Shown: piece after piece, positions 9,078 to 17,479 of the stretch
Layout: each line of letters begins with the position of its first letter
Numbering within the stretch: the first letter of the stretch is position 1
Assembly: GCA_049318005.1 (NCBI GenBank)
Contig: JBMOHE010000002.1
Location: forward strand, 77,824-141,823
DNA: 64,000 nt
Direction: 5' to 3'
Origin: Patescibacteria group bacterium
GTDB taxonomy: Bacteria > Patescibacteriota > Patescibacteriia > Patescibacteriales > UBA12465
Notes under the pieces: model-generated
What the model was told of the DNA's origin: nothing
Database searches by the model: none
What the model saw: the letters and a program-made list of their open reading frames with translations, nothing else
Made by a program: the position numbers and the translations under genes

Positions 9078-9533
9078 TTAAACTCCTTCGTAAATTTTAA
9101 TAGTTTGGCCTTTTTCTAAAGTTACAGTAGCCTTACGCCAATCTTTTCTCTGTCCACGAATTTTTCCACGTGATACTTTCTTTCCATCAACGTTAGCAAT
9201 ATTTACTTTTACAACCTTTACTCCATAGATAGCTTCAACCGCTTTAGCAACCTCAATTTTATTAGCCTTCAAGGAAACAACAAAAACATATTTACCGTGT
9301 TCGCTAGAAATAGCTGCTTTTTCAGTAACCAATGGTTTAACTAAAATTCTATAAGCGTCATTTTTTTTAACAACTTTTTTAGTTTTACCGTCAGAGGATT
9401 TAACAGTTTTAGTAGCAGTCTCTTTATATAATTCATTCATGCTAACTGCAGTCTCTTCCTTTTTAGGAGCTACTTTTTTAGAAGCCACCTTCTTGTCAGT
9501 TGCATCAGTTTTTTTATTTCCAAATAAAGCCAT
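9078..9533 (-). CDS. rplW: 50S ribosomal protein L23 with Lys-rich N-terminal extension
   Basis: The ORF-track start at 9542 is a TTG. The first ATG, at 9533, gives MALFGNKK... L23 core: ILVKPLVTEKA...VKVNIANV. About 55 extra N-terminal aa. Confidence 0.9.
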   Translation of the reverse strand: MALFGNKKTDATDKKVASKKVAPKKEETAVSMNELYKETATKTVKSSDGKTKKVVKKNDAYRILVKPLVTEKAAISSEHGKYVFVVSLKANKIEVAKAVEAIYGVKVVKVNIANVDGKKVSRGKIRGQRKDWRKATVTLEKGQTIKIYEGV

Positions 9534-9544
9534 ATTTTTCAAAA

Positions 9545-10195
9545 TTATTTATTATAACGATCAGTTAAAACTTTAACGCCGTTTTCTGTTAATAATAAAT
9601 TTTTATAATTCAATAAATCTACCAAATTAATATTTTCTAAGTTAATAACTTTAACACCCTTTAAGTTACGGCTAGAATATTTTGCTTTTTCTTCTTTAGC
9701 TTCATTAACAATCAAAATATCGCGACGTTCATTATTCAAAACTTTCTTTTCAAAAGTAGTTAACAAAGTATTAAATTGCTTTGTTTTATATTCTGCAAAT
9801 TCTAAATTATCAACAATAACTAAAGAGTTAGTAATAAATTTATCAGATAAAGCCATAAATAATGCTTTTTGTTTCATCTTCAAATTTATTTTCTTCTTGA
9901 AATTTCTATCTTTAGTCGGACCAAAAGTTACACCACCACCAATCCAAATTGGAGAACGGCTACTACCAGCACGAGCACGTCCAGTTCCCTTTTGTTTCCA
10001 AGGTTTTTTACCACCACCAGAAACTTCTGCTCTACCTTTAGTATGAGCTAAAACCTGACGAGCATTAGCCATTTGCGCAATTACCGCTTGATGCAATAAT
10101 TCGTTATTAGCCTTAACGCCAAAAATTTTATCAGTTAATTCTAAATCCTTAACTTCTTCAACTGATTGATTGTAAACTTTTATCTTTAATGACAT
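9545..10195 (-). CDS. rplD: 50S ribosomal protein L4
   Basis: 216 aa; ...SGGGKKPWKQKGTGRARAGSSRSPIWIGGGVTFGP. Confidence 0.95.
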   Translation of the reverse strand: MSLKIKVYNQSVEEVKDLELTDKIFGVKANNELLHQAVIAQMANARQVLAHTKGRAEVSGGGKKPWKQKGTGRARAGSSRSPIWIGGGVTFGPTKDRNFKKKINLKMKQKALFMALSDKFITNSLVIVDNLEFAEYKTKQFNTLLTTFEKKVLNNERRDILIVNEAKEEKAKYSSRNLKGVKVINLENINLVDLLNYKNLLLTENGVKVLTDRYNK

Positions 10196-10219
10196 ATAAT
10201 AATCAATTACTTAATACTT

Positions 10220-10975
10220 TTACGCTTTGATCTCTTCTACCTTTTCTTCTTCTTTTGCCTCAGTTACCTCAGGAGCAGCCTCAACAGCTTCTATTGGTTC
10301 AGTTACTTCAACAACTTCGGGAGTAACTTCCTTGGCTTCATTTTTTAAATTTAATTTAATATCACCACGACCAGCAATCATAACTAAGCCATTAATAGAT
10401 CCTGGAACAGAACCCTTAACGTAAATTATATTCTTTTCATTATCAACTGAAACAACTTCTAAGTTAGTAGTAGTAACTCTATCTCCACCCATACGACCGC
10501 CCATTCTTGTACCTTTAAAAACATGAGCTGGACCTTTTGGACCAATAGAACCACCCATTCTTTCTTGATCTTTATTACCATGAGTATGTTTATGACCAGA
10601 AAAATGATGACGTTTAACAACACCTTGAAAACCTTTTCCTTTTGAAGTTCCAGTTACGTTAATCGGATCGCCAGCTGCAAAAGTTTCAACGCTAACAACA
10701 TCTCCTACTTTAAAAGTATCAGGATTAGCAACTCTAAACTCTCTTAAGTGAGCAGGCTTAACATCTAAATTTTTAAGGTGACCAAGTTGAGGTTTTTTAA
10801 TATTTTTAGCTTTTCTATCGCCAAAGGCTAATTGAACAGCTTCGTAACCATCTTTAGTTTTAGTTTTGACCTGAGTTATAACACAAGGACCAGCTAAAAC
10901 CGCAGTTACAGCTACAACTTTATCATCACTCCAAACTTGGGTCATGCTTAATTTTTTTCCTAAAATAAATTTCAT
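10220..10975 (-). CDS. rplC: 50S ribosomal protein L3 with acidic C-terminal tail
   Basis: The track starts at 10987. The ATG at 10975 gives the canonical MKFILGKKLSMTQVW and has the local ATATG context. The C-terminal about 45 aa are E/V/A-rich (PEVVEVTEPIEAVEAAPEVTEAKEEEKVEEIKA). Confidence 0.92.
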   Translation of the reverse strand: MKFILGKKLSMTQVWSDDKVVAVTAVLAGPCVITQVKTKTKDGYEAVQLAFGDRKAKNIKKPQLGHLKNLDVKPAHLREFRVANPDTFKVGDVVSVETFAAGDPINVTGTSKGKGFQGVVKRHHFSGHKHTHGNKDQERMGGSIGPKGPAHVFKGTRMGGRMGGDRVTTTNLEVVSVDNEKNIIYVKGSVPGSINGLVMIAGRGDIKLNLKNEAKEVTPEVVEVTEPIEAVEAAPEVTEAKEEEKVEEIKA

Positions 10976-11182
10976 ATTTGTCTTCATTCTTAAACAAAAA
11001 ACTGGTCTAAAACCAGCCTTAAAACAAACTATAAAAATAACACGTTTTGTTATTGATTTTACTTATAGTTATTTCTCGCTGATTTACCTCCAAATTTTGA
11101 CTAACTTTCGCTTAAACACTTTCTTTTACTTAGAGTTATTTAACCAATTATTAGCAAACTAATATATTACTTTGTAATGATA

Positions 11183-11518
11183 CTACATTTTAATTTCAAC
11201 GTCAACCCCAGCCGGTAGATTTAAATTTGTTAAATCTTCGATGGTTTTGGCGGTCGGATCAATGATATCAATCATACGTTTATGGATACGCATTTCGTAT
11301 TGATCACGGGCATCTTTGTGCACAAAAGTAGAACGGTTTACCGTATATTTTCTAATCTCCGTAGGTAACGGGATAGGGCCAAAGAATTGAGCATCAGAAC
11401 GTTCAATCGTTTCGATAATAGTCTTAGTCGATTGATCAATAATTTTATGATCAAAAGCCTTGATCTTAATTCTGATACGTTGTTTAAATTCGTTAACTTC
11501 TTTTTTGTTTTCGGACAT
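11183..11518 (-). CDS. rpsJ: 30S ribosomal protein S10
   Basis: 111 aa; [17 protein letters not shown]...[20 protein letters not shown]. Confidence 0.95.
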   Translation of the reverse strand: MSENKKEVNEFKQRIRIKIKAFDHKIIDQSTKTIIETIERSDAQFFGPIPLPTEIRKYTVNRSTFVHKDARDQYEMRIHKRMIDIIDPTAKTIEDLTNLNLPAGVDVEIKM

Positions 11519-11545
11519 AATTGAATTTTTAAATTAACACTACAA

Positions 11546-11572
11546 CCCCGTCCTTCTTAATAAAGAACGGGG
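11546..11572 (-). terminator. strong hairpin between tuf and rpsJ (tuf terminator or S10-operon leader element)
   Basis: Minus-strand RNA CCCCGUUCUU-uauuaag-AAGGACGGGG: 10 bp including one G.U. The downstream tract is U-poor (UUGUAGUGUU). Confidence 0.5.
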
Positions 11573-11584
11573 CAAAGTGTTTAC

Positions 11585-12775
11585 TTATTTTAAAATTGTA
11601 GTAACAACACCAGCACCAACTGTACGTCCGCCTTCACGGATAGTAAATCTCTGTTTATCTTCAAGAGCAATTGGAGCAATTAACTTAATAGTTAAGTTAA
11701 CTGTATCACCAGGCATAACCATCTCAGTACCAGCTGGTAAATTGATGTCGCCAGTAACGTCAGTTGTCTTAAAGTAAAATTGAGGTTTATAACCATTGAA
11801 GAATGGTTTGTGACGACCACCTTCTTCCTTGGATAATACATAAACTTCAGCAGTAAATTCAGTGTGAGGAGTAACTGTTCCAGCTTTACATAAAACTTGA
11901 CCACGTTCTACCTCAGTTTTCTTTGTACCACGAAGTAAGATACCGGCATTGTCCCCTGCCATACCAGATTCTAATTGTTTATTAAACATTTCGATTCCAG
12001 TAACAGTAGTTTTCTTTGTATCCATTAAACCAACGATTTCAACTTCATCGCCGATTTTAACCATACCTCTTTCAATACGACCAGTAACAACAGTACCACG
12101 ACCTTCAATTGAGAAGATATCTTCAATAGGCATTAAGAAAGGATGATCAACATCACGAGTTGGTTCTGGGATATAAGAGTCTAATGCTTCCATTAATTTC
12201 ATTAATGGTTCAGCATCAGGACCAGTTGGGTTCTCTAAAGCTTTCAAGGCAGAACCACGGATAATAGGAGTAGTGTCTCCTGGGAATTCATATTTCTTTA
12301 ATAAATCACGAATTTCTTCCTCAACAAGGTCAATTAATTCCTTGTCTTCAACCATATCGCATTTGTTTAAGAAAACAATGATATAAGGTACGCCAACCTG
12401 ACGAGCTAATAAGATGTGTTCTCTAGTTTGAGGCATAGGTCCATCAGTAGCGGCAACAACTAAAATAGCGCCATCCATTTGAGCAGCACCAGTGATCATG
12501 TTCTTAACATAATCAGCATGTCCTGGACAATCAACGTGAGCGTAGTGACGTTTTTCTGATTCGTATTCAACGTGAGCAGTTGCGATGGTAATACCACGAG
12601 CCTTTTCTTCAGGAGCAGCGTCAATTTCGCCAACACCTTTGTGAGACGCTTTCATGCCATTAGCAGCAAATACTGCTAACATCGCAGCAGTTAAAGTAGT
12701 TTTTCCATGATCAACGTGGCCAATAGTGCCGACGTTAACATGGGGTTTTGATCGTTCAAATTTTTCTACAGCCAT
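11585..12775 (-). CDS. tuf: elongation factor Tu
   Basis: 396 aa; [23 protein letters not shown]-motifs. Confidence 0.98.
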   Translation of the reverse strand: MAVEKFERSKPHVNVGTIGHVDHGKTTLTAAMLAVFAANGMKASHKGVGEIDAAPEEKARGITIATAHVEYESEKRHYAHVDCPGHADYVKNMITGAAQMDGAILVVAATDGPMPQTREHILLARQVGVPYIIVFLNKCDMVEDKELIDLVEEEIRDLLKKYEFPGDTTPIIRGSALKALENPTGPDAEPLMKLMEALDSYIPEPTRDVDHPFLMPIEDIFSIEGRGTVVTGRIERGMVKIGDEVEIVGLMDTKKTTVTGIEMFNKQLESGMAGDNAGILLRGTKKTEVERGQVLCKAGTVTPHTEFTAEVYVLSKEEGGRHKPFFNGYKPQFYFKTTDVTGDINLPAGTEMVMPGDTVNLTIKLIAPIALEDKQRFTIREGGRTVGAGVVTTILK

Positions 12776-12873
12776 GATTTTGTTGTAAGGCCCCTGTTGC
12801 CAGGGTTTCTTTCCCTTAGGAAACCAGCCGAACTAAATTAATTATTTATTTTTATTAAAATTTTTCTCTAATA

Positions 12874-13254
12874 TTACTCAATTTCCTGTGCTTTATTCTT
12901 TACATTTGACGGAATTGACCAGGCCTTTTTAGGTCTATCTTCTTCCGCTAAAGATGGCGCAATATTGCCATTTTTCCACACAGATATTTCGCGATTTATT
13001 TTATCAGTTAAATCTTCTTCTGTCAAATTTTCAGTTTCATTGCTTAAATCTTTAATTACGGGACTTTTTTCCTTATTTACTGACAAATCTGCAACCTGGC
13101 TATTAATAGGGGCGTTATCACCAACCATATTCTCATAGCGATCAAAATCCATCACAACATAAGAGCTAGTCGGCTCATTAGAATCAAAAATAACAACTCT
13201 ATCGCCAGTTTTCTTTATTAAATTTAAAATCTTTTTTAATTGTTCTGGAAACAT
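12874..13254 (-). CDS. hypothetical protein inserted in str operon (N-terminal Phd/YefM-like pattern, acidic tail)
   Basis: 126-aa ORF starting 10 nt after the fusA stop. N-terminus: MFPEQLKKILNLIKKTGDRVVIFDSNEPTSSYVVMDFDRYENMV. The remainder is low-complexity and acidic. Confidence 0.6.
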   Translation of the reverse strand: MFPEQLKKILNLIKKTGDRVVIFDSNEPTSSYVVMDFDRYENMVGDNAPINSQVADLSVNKEKSPVIKDLSNETENLTEEDLTDKINREISVWKNGNIAPSLAEEDRPKKAWSIPSNVKNKAQEIE

Positions 13255-13264
13255 ACGCGTAAAC

Positions 13265-15343
13265 TTATTTACCCTGCTTTTCTCTGATTGCTTCTAAAAT
13301 ATTTTTTGGAACTTCAGAATAATGAGAGAATTCCATAACATAGTTAGCGCGACCCTGAGACATTGAGCGCAAGGAAGTTGAATAACCAAACATTTCCGCA
13401 AGTGGAACTTTAGCTTTAACAACTTTGATATTTGCACGATCAGACATTTCTTCGATTTGACCACGTTTAGAACTTAAGTCGCCAATGATATTACCCATGT
13501 ATTCTTCAGGAGTAGTAACCTCAACTTTCATGATAGGTTCAAGTAGAACTGGGCCAGCCTTTTGACAAGCATCTCTAAAAGCGTGGATAGCGGCTAATTT
13601 AAAGGCAATTTCAGAGGAGTCAACTTCATGATATGAACCGTAGAAAACAGCTGCTTTAACGTCAACCATGGGATAGCCAGCAACAGTACCACTAAGCACA
13701 GCTTCTTTGAAACCTTTTTCAATCGCAGGAATATATTCACGTGGAATAACACCACCTTTAACTTCATCAGCAAATTCAATTCCCTTACCTGATTCAAGCG
13801 GTTCAACACGAAGTGCGCAATGACCATACTGACCACGACCACCTGATTGCTTAACATATTTATGTTCAGCTTCAGCAGTTTTAGTAATAGTTTCACGATA
13901 TGATACTTGAGGATTACCAACGTTAGCTTCAACGCCGAATTCACGACGCATACGATCAACAATAATTTCTAAGTGAAGTTCTCCCATGCCAGAAATTAAA
14001 ACTTGATTTGTTTCCGCATCAGTCTCTACTCTAAAAGTAGGATCTTCTTCAGCTAAACGTTGTAAAGCAACGCCCATTTTTTCTTGATCAACTTTAGTCT
14101 TAGGTTCAACCGCAATCTTAATAACCGGTTCTGGAAAAGTAATAGACTCAAGTAAAACAGGAATATTTTCATCACATAAAGTATTACCAGTTGTAGTATT
14201 CTTTAAACCAATAACCGCGGCGATATCTCCAGCACAAATTTCTTTAATTTCTTCACGGTGATTAGCGTGCATACGAACTAAACGACCAACACGTTCTTTG
14301 GTATCTTTAGAAGAATTAACAATATAAGAACCAGCTGTTAAAACACCTTGATAAACACGAACGAAACAAAGTTTTCCAACAAAAGGATCGGTTGCAATTT
14401 TAAAAGCTAAACCAACGAAAGGTTTATCATCATTAGCTGATAGAGGATATTTCTTTTCAGGATCACGTGGATCAGTTGTTTCAATAGCTGGAACGTCTAA
14501 TGGGGATGGTAAGTAATCATTGACTGCATCAAGTACTAATTGAACACCAATATTTTGAAGAGCAGTACCACATAAAACAGGATAAATCATATTACCGATT
14601 ACTCCTTTTCTAATAGCGGCTTTTAATTCTTCAACACTTATTTCCTGACCACTTAAATATTTTTCCATAGTGACCTCGTCACATTCAACAGCTTTTTCAA
14701 CTAATTCATTATGATATTCATCAACCTTAGCTTTCATATCTTCAGGAATAGCAATTTCGTTAATATCAACGCCATTAAAACCAGAGAAGGTATAAGCCTT
14801 CTTTTCTAAAACATCAATAACTCCACTTAAATCATTTTCCGCGCCAATAGGAAGTTGAATAGCAACCGCTTTTTGGTTTAGACGATCACGAATAGATTTT
14901 AAACTCATGTAAAAATCAGCTCCCATCTTATCCATTTTATTTACAAAACAAAGACGTGGAACATGATATTTGTCAGCTTGACGCCAAACAGTTTCAGATT
15001 GTGGCTCAACGCCAGCCTGACCGTCAAAAACAGCGACTGCGCCGTCTAAAACACGCAAAGAACGTTCAACTTCAACTGTGAAGTCAACGTGCCCTGGAGT
15101 ATCGATAATATTGATTTTATTGTGTTTCCAAAAACAAGTCGTCGCGGCAGAAGTAATAGTAATACCTCTTTCTTTTTCCTGTTCCATCCAATCCATTTCC
15201 GCTGCTCCTTCATGAACTTCGCCGATTTTATGCTTTTTGCCAGTATAAAATAAAACACGTTCAGTAAAAGTAGTTTTACCGGCATCGATGTGAGCCATGA
15301 TTCCGATGTTTCGAATGTTCTCTAAAAGATAGTCACGGGACAT
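13265..15343 (-). CDS. fusA: elongation factor G
   Basis: 692 aa; [21 protein letters not shown] motifs; full five-domain length. Confidence 0.98.
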   Translation of the reverse strand: MSRDYLLENIRNIGIMAHIDAGKTTFTERVLFYTGKKHKIGEVHEGAAEMDWMEQEKERGITITSAATTCFWKHNKINIIDTPGHVDFTVEVERSLRVLDGAVAVFDGQAGVEPQSETVWRQADKYHVPRLCFVNKMDKMGADFYMSLKSIRDRLNQKAVAIQLPIGAENDLSGVIDVLEKKAYTFSGFNGVDINEIAIPEDMKAKVDEYHNELVEKAVECDEVTMEKYLSGQEISVEELKAAIRKGVIGNMIYPVLCGTALQNIGVQLVLDAVNDYLPSPLDVPAIETTDPRDPEKKYPLSANDDKPFVGLAFKIATDPFVGKLCFVRVYQGVLTAGSYIVNSSKDTKERVGRLVRMHANHREEIKEICAGDIAAVIGLKNTTTGNTLCDENIPVLLESITFPEPVIKIAVEPKTKVDQEKMGVALQRLAEEDPTFRVETDAETNQVLISGMGELHLEIIVDRMRREFGVEANVGNPQVSYRETITKTAEAEHKYVKQSGGRGQYGHCALRVEPLESGKGIEFADEVKGGVIPREYIPAIEKGFKEAVLSGTVAGYPMVDVKAAVFYGSYHEVDSSEIAFKLAAIHAFRDACQKAGPVLLEPIMKVEVTTPEEYMGNIIGDLSSKRGQIEEMSDRANIKVVKAKVPLAEMFGYSTSLRSMSQGRANYVMEFSHYSEVPKNILEAIREKQGK

Positions 15344-15390
15344 AAAGTATATATATCTCTACAAAGTAGAGATCGTAATTTAAATATTAA

Positions 15391-15864
15391 TTATTTTGCT
15401 CTTGAGAAATGAGCGAAAGCCTTATTAGACTCAGCCATTTTATGAACTGCTTCTCTCTTCTTAACTGATGGACCTTCACCGTTAGAAGCGTCTAAAATTT
15501 CAGTAGCTAATTTTTCAGCAGTTGAACGGCCTTTTCTATCATTAGCAGCACCGATAATCCAGTTACAGCCCAAGAAATAGCGTCTTTCACCACGAACCTG
15601 GAAAGGAACCTGATAGTTAGCGCCACCAACACGTTTACCACGAACTTCAACTAAAGGAGAAACTTTCTTAATCGCTTTGTTAAAGATATGTCTTGGGTCT
15701 TGTTTGGTTTTTTCTTTCAAGATTTCAAAAGCACCATAGACGATCTTCTCGGCTGCGGCCTTCTTTCCTCTTTCCATGACGTAGTTAATAAATTTAGCGA
15801 TATTCTTATCGTTATATTTAGAATCGCCTTCAATTGTTCTCTTAGGAGCTGGTTTACCTCTCAT
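15391..15864 (-). CDS. rpsG: 30S ribosomal protein S7
   Basis: 157 aa; ...PLVEVRGKRVGGANYQVP... Confidence 0.95.
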   Translation of the reverse strand: MRGKPAPKRTIEGDSKYNDKNIAKFINYVMERGKKAAAEKIVYGAFEILKEKTKQDPRHIFNKAIKKVSPLVEVRGKRVGGANYQVPFQVRGERRYFLGCNWIIGAANDRKGRSTAEKLATEILDASNGEGPSVKKREAVHKMAESNKAFAHFSRAK

Positions 15865-15877
15865 ATTATTTTATTAA

Positions 15878-16297
15878 TTATTTTTTTGGTTTTTTAGCGC
15901 CATAACAGCTTCGTCCTTGACGTCTTGCTTCAACACCAGAGGCATCAAATACACCACGAACAACTTTATAGCGAACACCTGGTAAATCTTTTGTTTTACC
16001 ACCTTTTACTAGAACGATACTGTGTTCTTGTAAGTTATGGCCCATTCCAGGAATATATGCAGTTACTTCCATGCCGTTTGATAAACGAACACGAGCAATT
16101 TTACGCAAAGCGGAGTTAGGCTTTTTAGGAGTAGTTGTAGTTACCTTTAAACAAACACCTTGTTTAAACGGAGCTCCTTTAGCTGTGTCCTTCTTTTTGC
16201 GATGCAAAGAGTCAAGGCTGGTATGAAGCGCAATAGCATTTTTTCTCTTCGCAATTGACTTACGACCATGGCGAACTAATTGGTTAATAGTTGGCAT
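15878..16297 (-). CDS. rpsL: 30S ribosomal protein S12
   Basis: 139 aa; [13 protein letters not shown]...[10 protein letters not shown]. Confidence 0.97.
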   Translation of the reverse strand: MPTINQLVRHGRKSIAKRKNAIALHTSLDSLHRKKKDTAKGAPFKQGVCLKVTTTTPKKPNSALRKIARVRLSNGMEVTAYIPGMGHNLQEHSIVLVKGGKTKDLPGVRYKVVRGVFDASGVEARRQGRSCYGAKKPKK

Positions 16298-16370
16298 AAT
16301 TTCTTGTTGATATATTAAAAATAATCCTGATCTTTCAGGATGGGTTTTATATAATTTTTTATACTAATAT

Positions 16371-16399
16371 AATTTAACAAAATCTAATAAAGAAGTCAA
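16371..16399 (-). promoter_or_regulatory. putative sigma-70-type promoter of the str operon
   Basis: Minus strand: TTGACT (16399-16394), 17 nt, TAAATT (16376-16371), with TG at -15/-14. Confidence 0.55.
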
Positions 16400-16469
16400 G
16401 GATGAAAAATAACAAATCACCAGTTATTGTCTAGTTGATGTCGATTTCTTTAAACCTGCAAATTTTATA

Positions 16470-16498
16470 TTGACAAAGGTGTGCCAATATGTTACATT
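16470..16498 (+). promoter_or_regulatory. putative promoter of the 16559 gene
   Basis: TTGACA, 17 nt (..caaTATGt), TACATT; about 60-nt A-rich leader. Confidence 0.55.
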
Positions 16499-16558
16499 TT
16501 TTGATTATTTCGAACTTTAAAATATTAACAAAATACTAACCAAAAAAACAGATAAAAA

Positions 16559-17329
16559 ATGATCACCCTTAGAAAAACCGTTTCCCTATCATTGGACATT
16601 AACGATCTTAATGAAGCCGTGATTCTCTTTTTGAAAGACAAAGGTTTTGAACCTTTTGATAAAGTTACTATTGAAGATCTGCAAAAAATTATTGATGGTG
16701 GCCAACTTGTGTTAAACGCTCATGAAGTAAATGACCAGGCTGGTGAGAAACACTTTGAAGAATATGACCCAGAGAAAATCAATATTATTTTCCCGGATGA
16801 ATTTATTGCCAGGCTCGGCGGATACTCCCAAGGCTTAGAAATGTTTCTTTGTAATGTCTCCGACGAAGGAGTACAGAAGATGTTGAACAAAACCTACAGA
16901 CTGCAATCAACAATTGAGCGACGTGTTTTGGCTTTCTATCATAAATTATATGATGATACAAACAAAGAATTTATTAACGTTGCGTTTAATGAAAGTGATC
17001 CCGATCTTCGTTACAACTCTGCTATTCACATATTCACTGAAGAGCTGCACGCAAATTTCCGAGGTGTTTTATTTGAAAACAAATTAGAAGCCAAGCTTAG
17101 TCTTTCAAGGGCCGAACTTCTTGAGAAAAACATTATTGATTTATACATTTCTAATCGTTCGACTACATCTCTACTTCGTGTCGATATTACAAGCGTTGAA
17201 AAAATGTTAAATTGGTACGAAAACAAAGATCCAAAAAATATAAGAAATCTTGGACCTAAATCTTTCAAGGAAATTCAGGACTTTATAAAGTTATACAAAC
17301 TACATTCTGAGTTTTCGGTTATATCATAA
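16559..17329 (+). CDS. hypothetical protein with C-terminal RNA polymerase alpha-CTD-like helix-hairpin-helix module
   Basis: 256 aa. Residues 191-245, NIIDLYISNRSTTSLLRVDITSVEKMLNWYENKDPKNIRNLGPKSFKEIQDFIKL, parallel the alpha-CTD pattern DLxLSVRSxNCL...I..[IV]..L....L....NLGKKSL.EI. Confidence 0.7.
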   Translation: MITLRKTVSLSLDINDLNEAVILFLKDKGFEPFDKVTIEDLQKIIDGGQLVLNAHEVNDQAGEKHFEEYDPEKINIIFPDEFIARLGGYSQGLEMFLCNVSDEGVQKMLNKTYRLQSTIERRVLAFYHKLYDDTNKEFINVAFNESDPDLRYNSAIHIFTEELHANFRGVLFENKLEAKLSLSRAELLEKNIIDLYISNRSTTSLLRVDITSVEKMLNWYENKDPKNIRNLGPKSFKEIQDFIKLYKLHSEFSVIS

Positions 17330-17355
17330 CTCTTAAAGTTAAAATTTACTTTCTT

Positions 17356-17385
17356 AAGCGCATACTAACCATATGCGCTTTTTAA
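17356..17385 (+). terminator. rho-independent terminator
   Basis: AAGCGCATA-ctaacca-TATGCGCTT followed by a T-run. Confidence 0.8.
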
Positions 17386-17397
17386 TTTTATCTTTAC

Positions 17398-17426
17398 TTG
17401 ACTTATTTTGAACAATATCCTATAAA
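17398..17426 (+). promoter_or_regulatory. putative promoter
   Basis: TTGACT, 17 nt, TATAAA. Confidence 0.5.
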
Positions 17427-17479
17427 TTATTAGCAGTTATTTAAAAACGAAAATATAAACCCATTCAAATTAACCCATC

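Noticed and set aside
9534-9542. The track's non-ATG starts: TTG at 9542 for rplW and GTG at 32750 for infA.
   Set aside because: ATG codons follow 2-3 codons downstream (9533 and 32744) and give sensible N-termini. The upstream codons are probably just open frame.
10988-11182. tRNA or other known RNA genes in the larger spacers (10988-11182, 16298-16558, 28351-28566, 55394-55520).
   Set aside because: I found no cloverleaf-compatible acceptor or T-arm (no GTTCRANYC-like T-loop with a matching stem) and no rRNA-like segments. The spacers are explained by promoters, hairpins and terminators.
12874-13254. orf126 as the antitoxin of a type II TA module.
   Set aside because: Only the N-terminal fold pattern resembles Phd/YefM. 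There is no adjacent toxin ORF: fusA lies upstream and tuf downstream. The operon context argues for another role.
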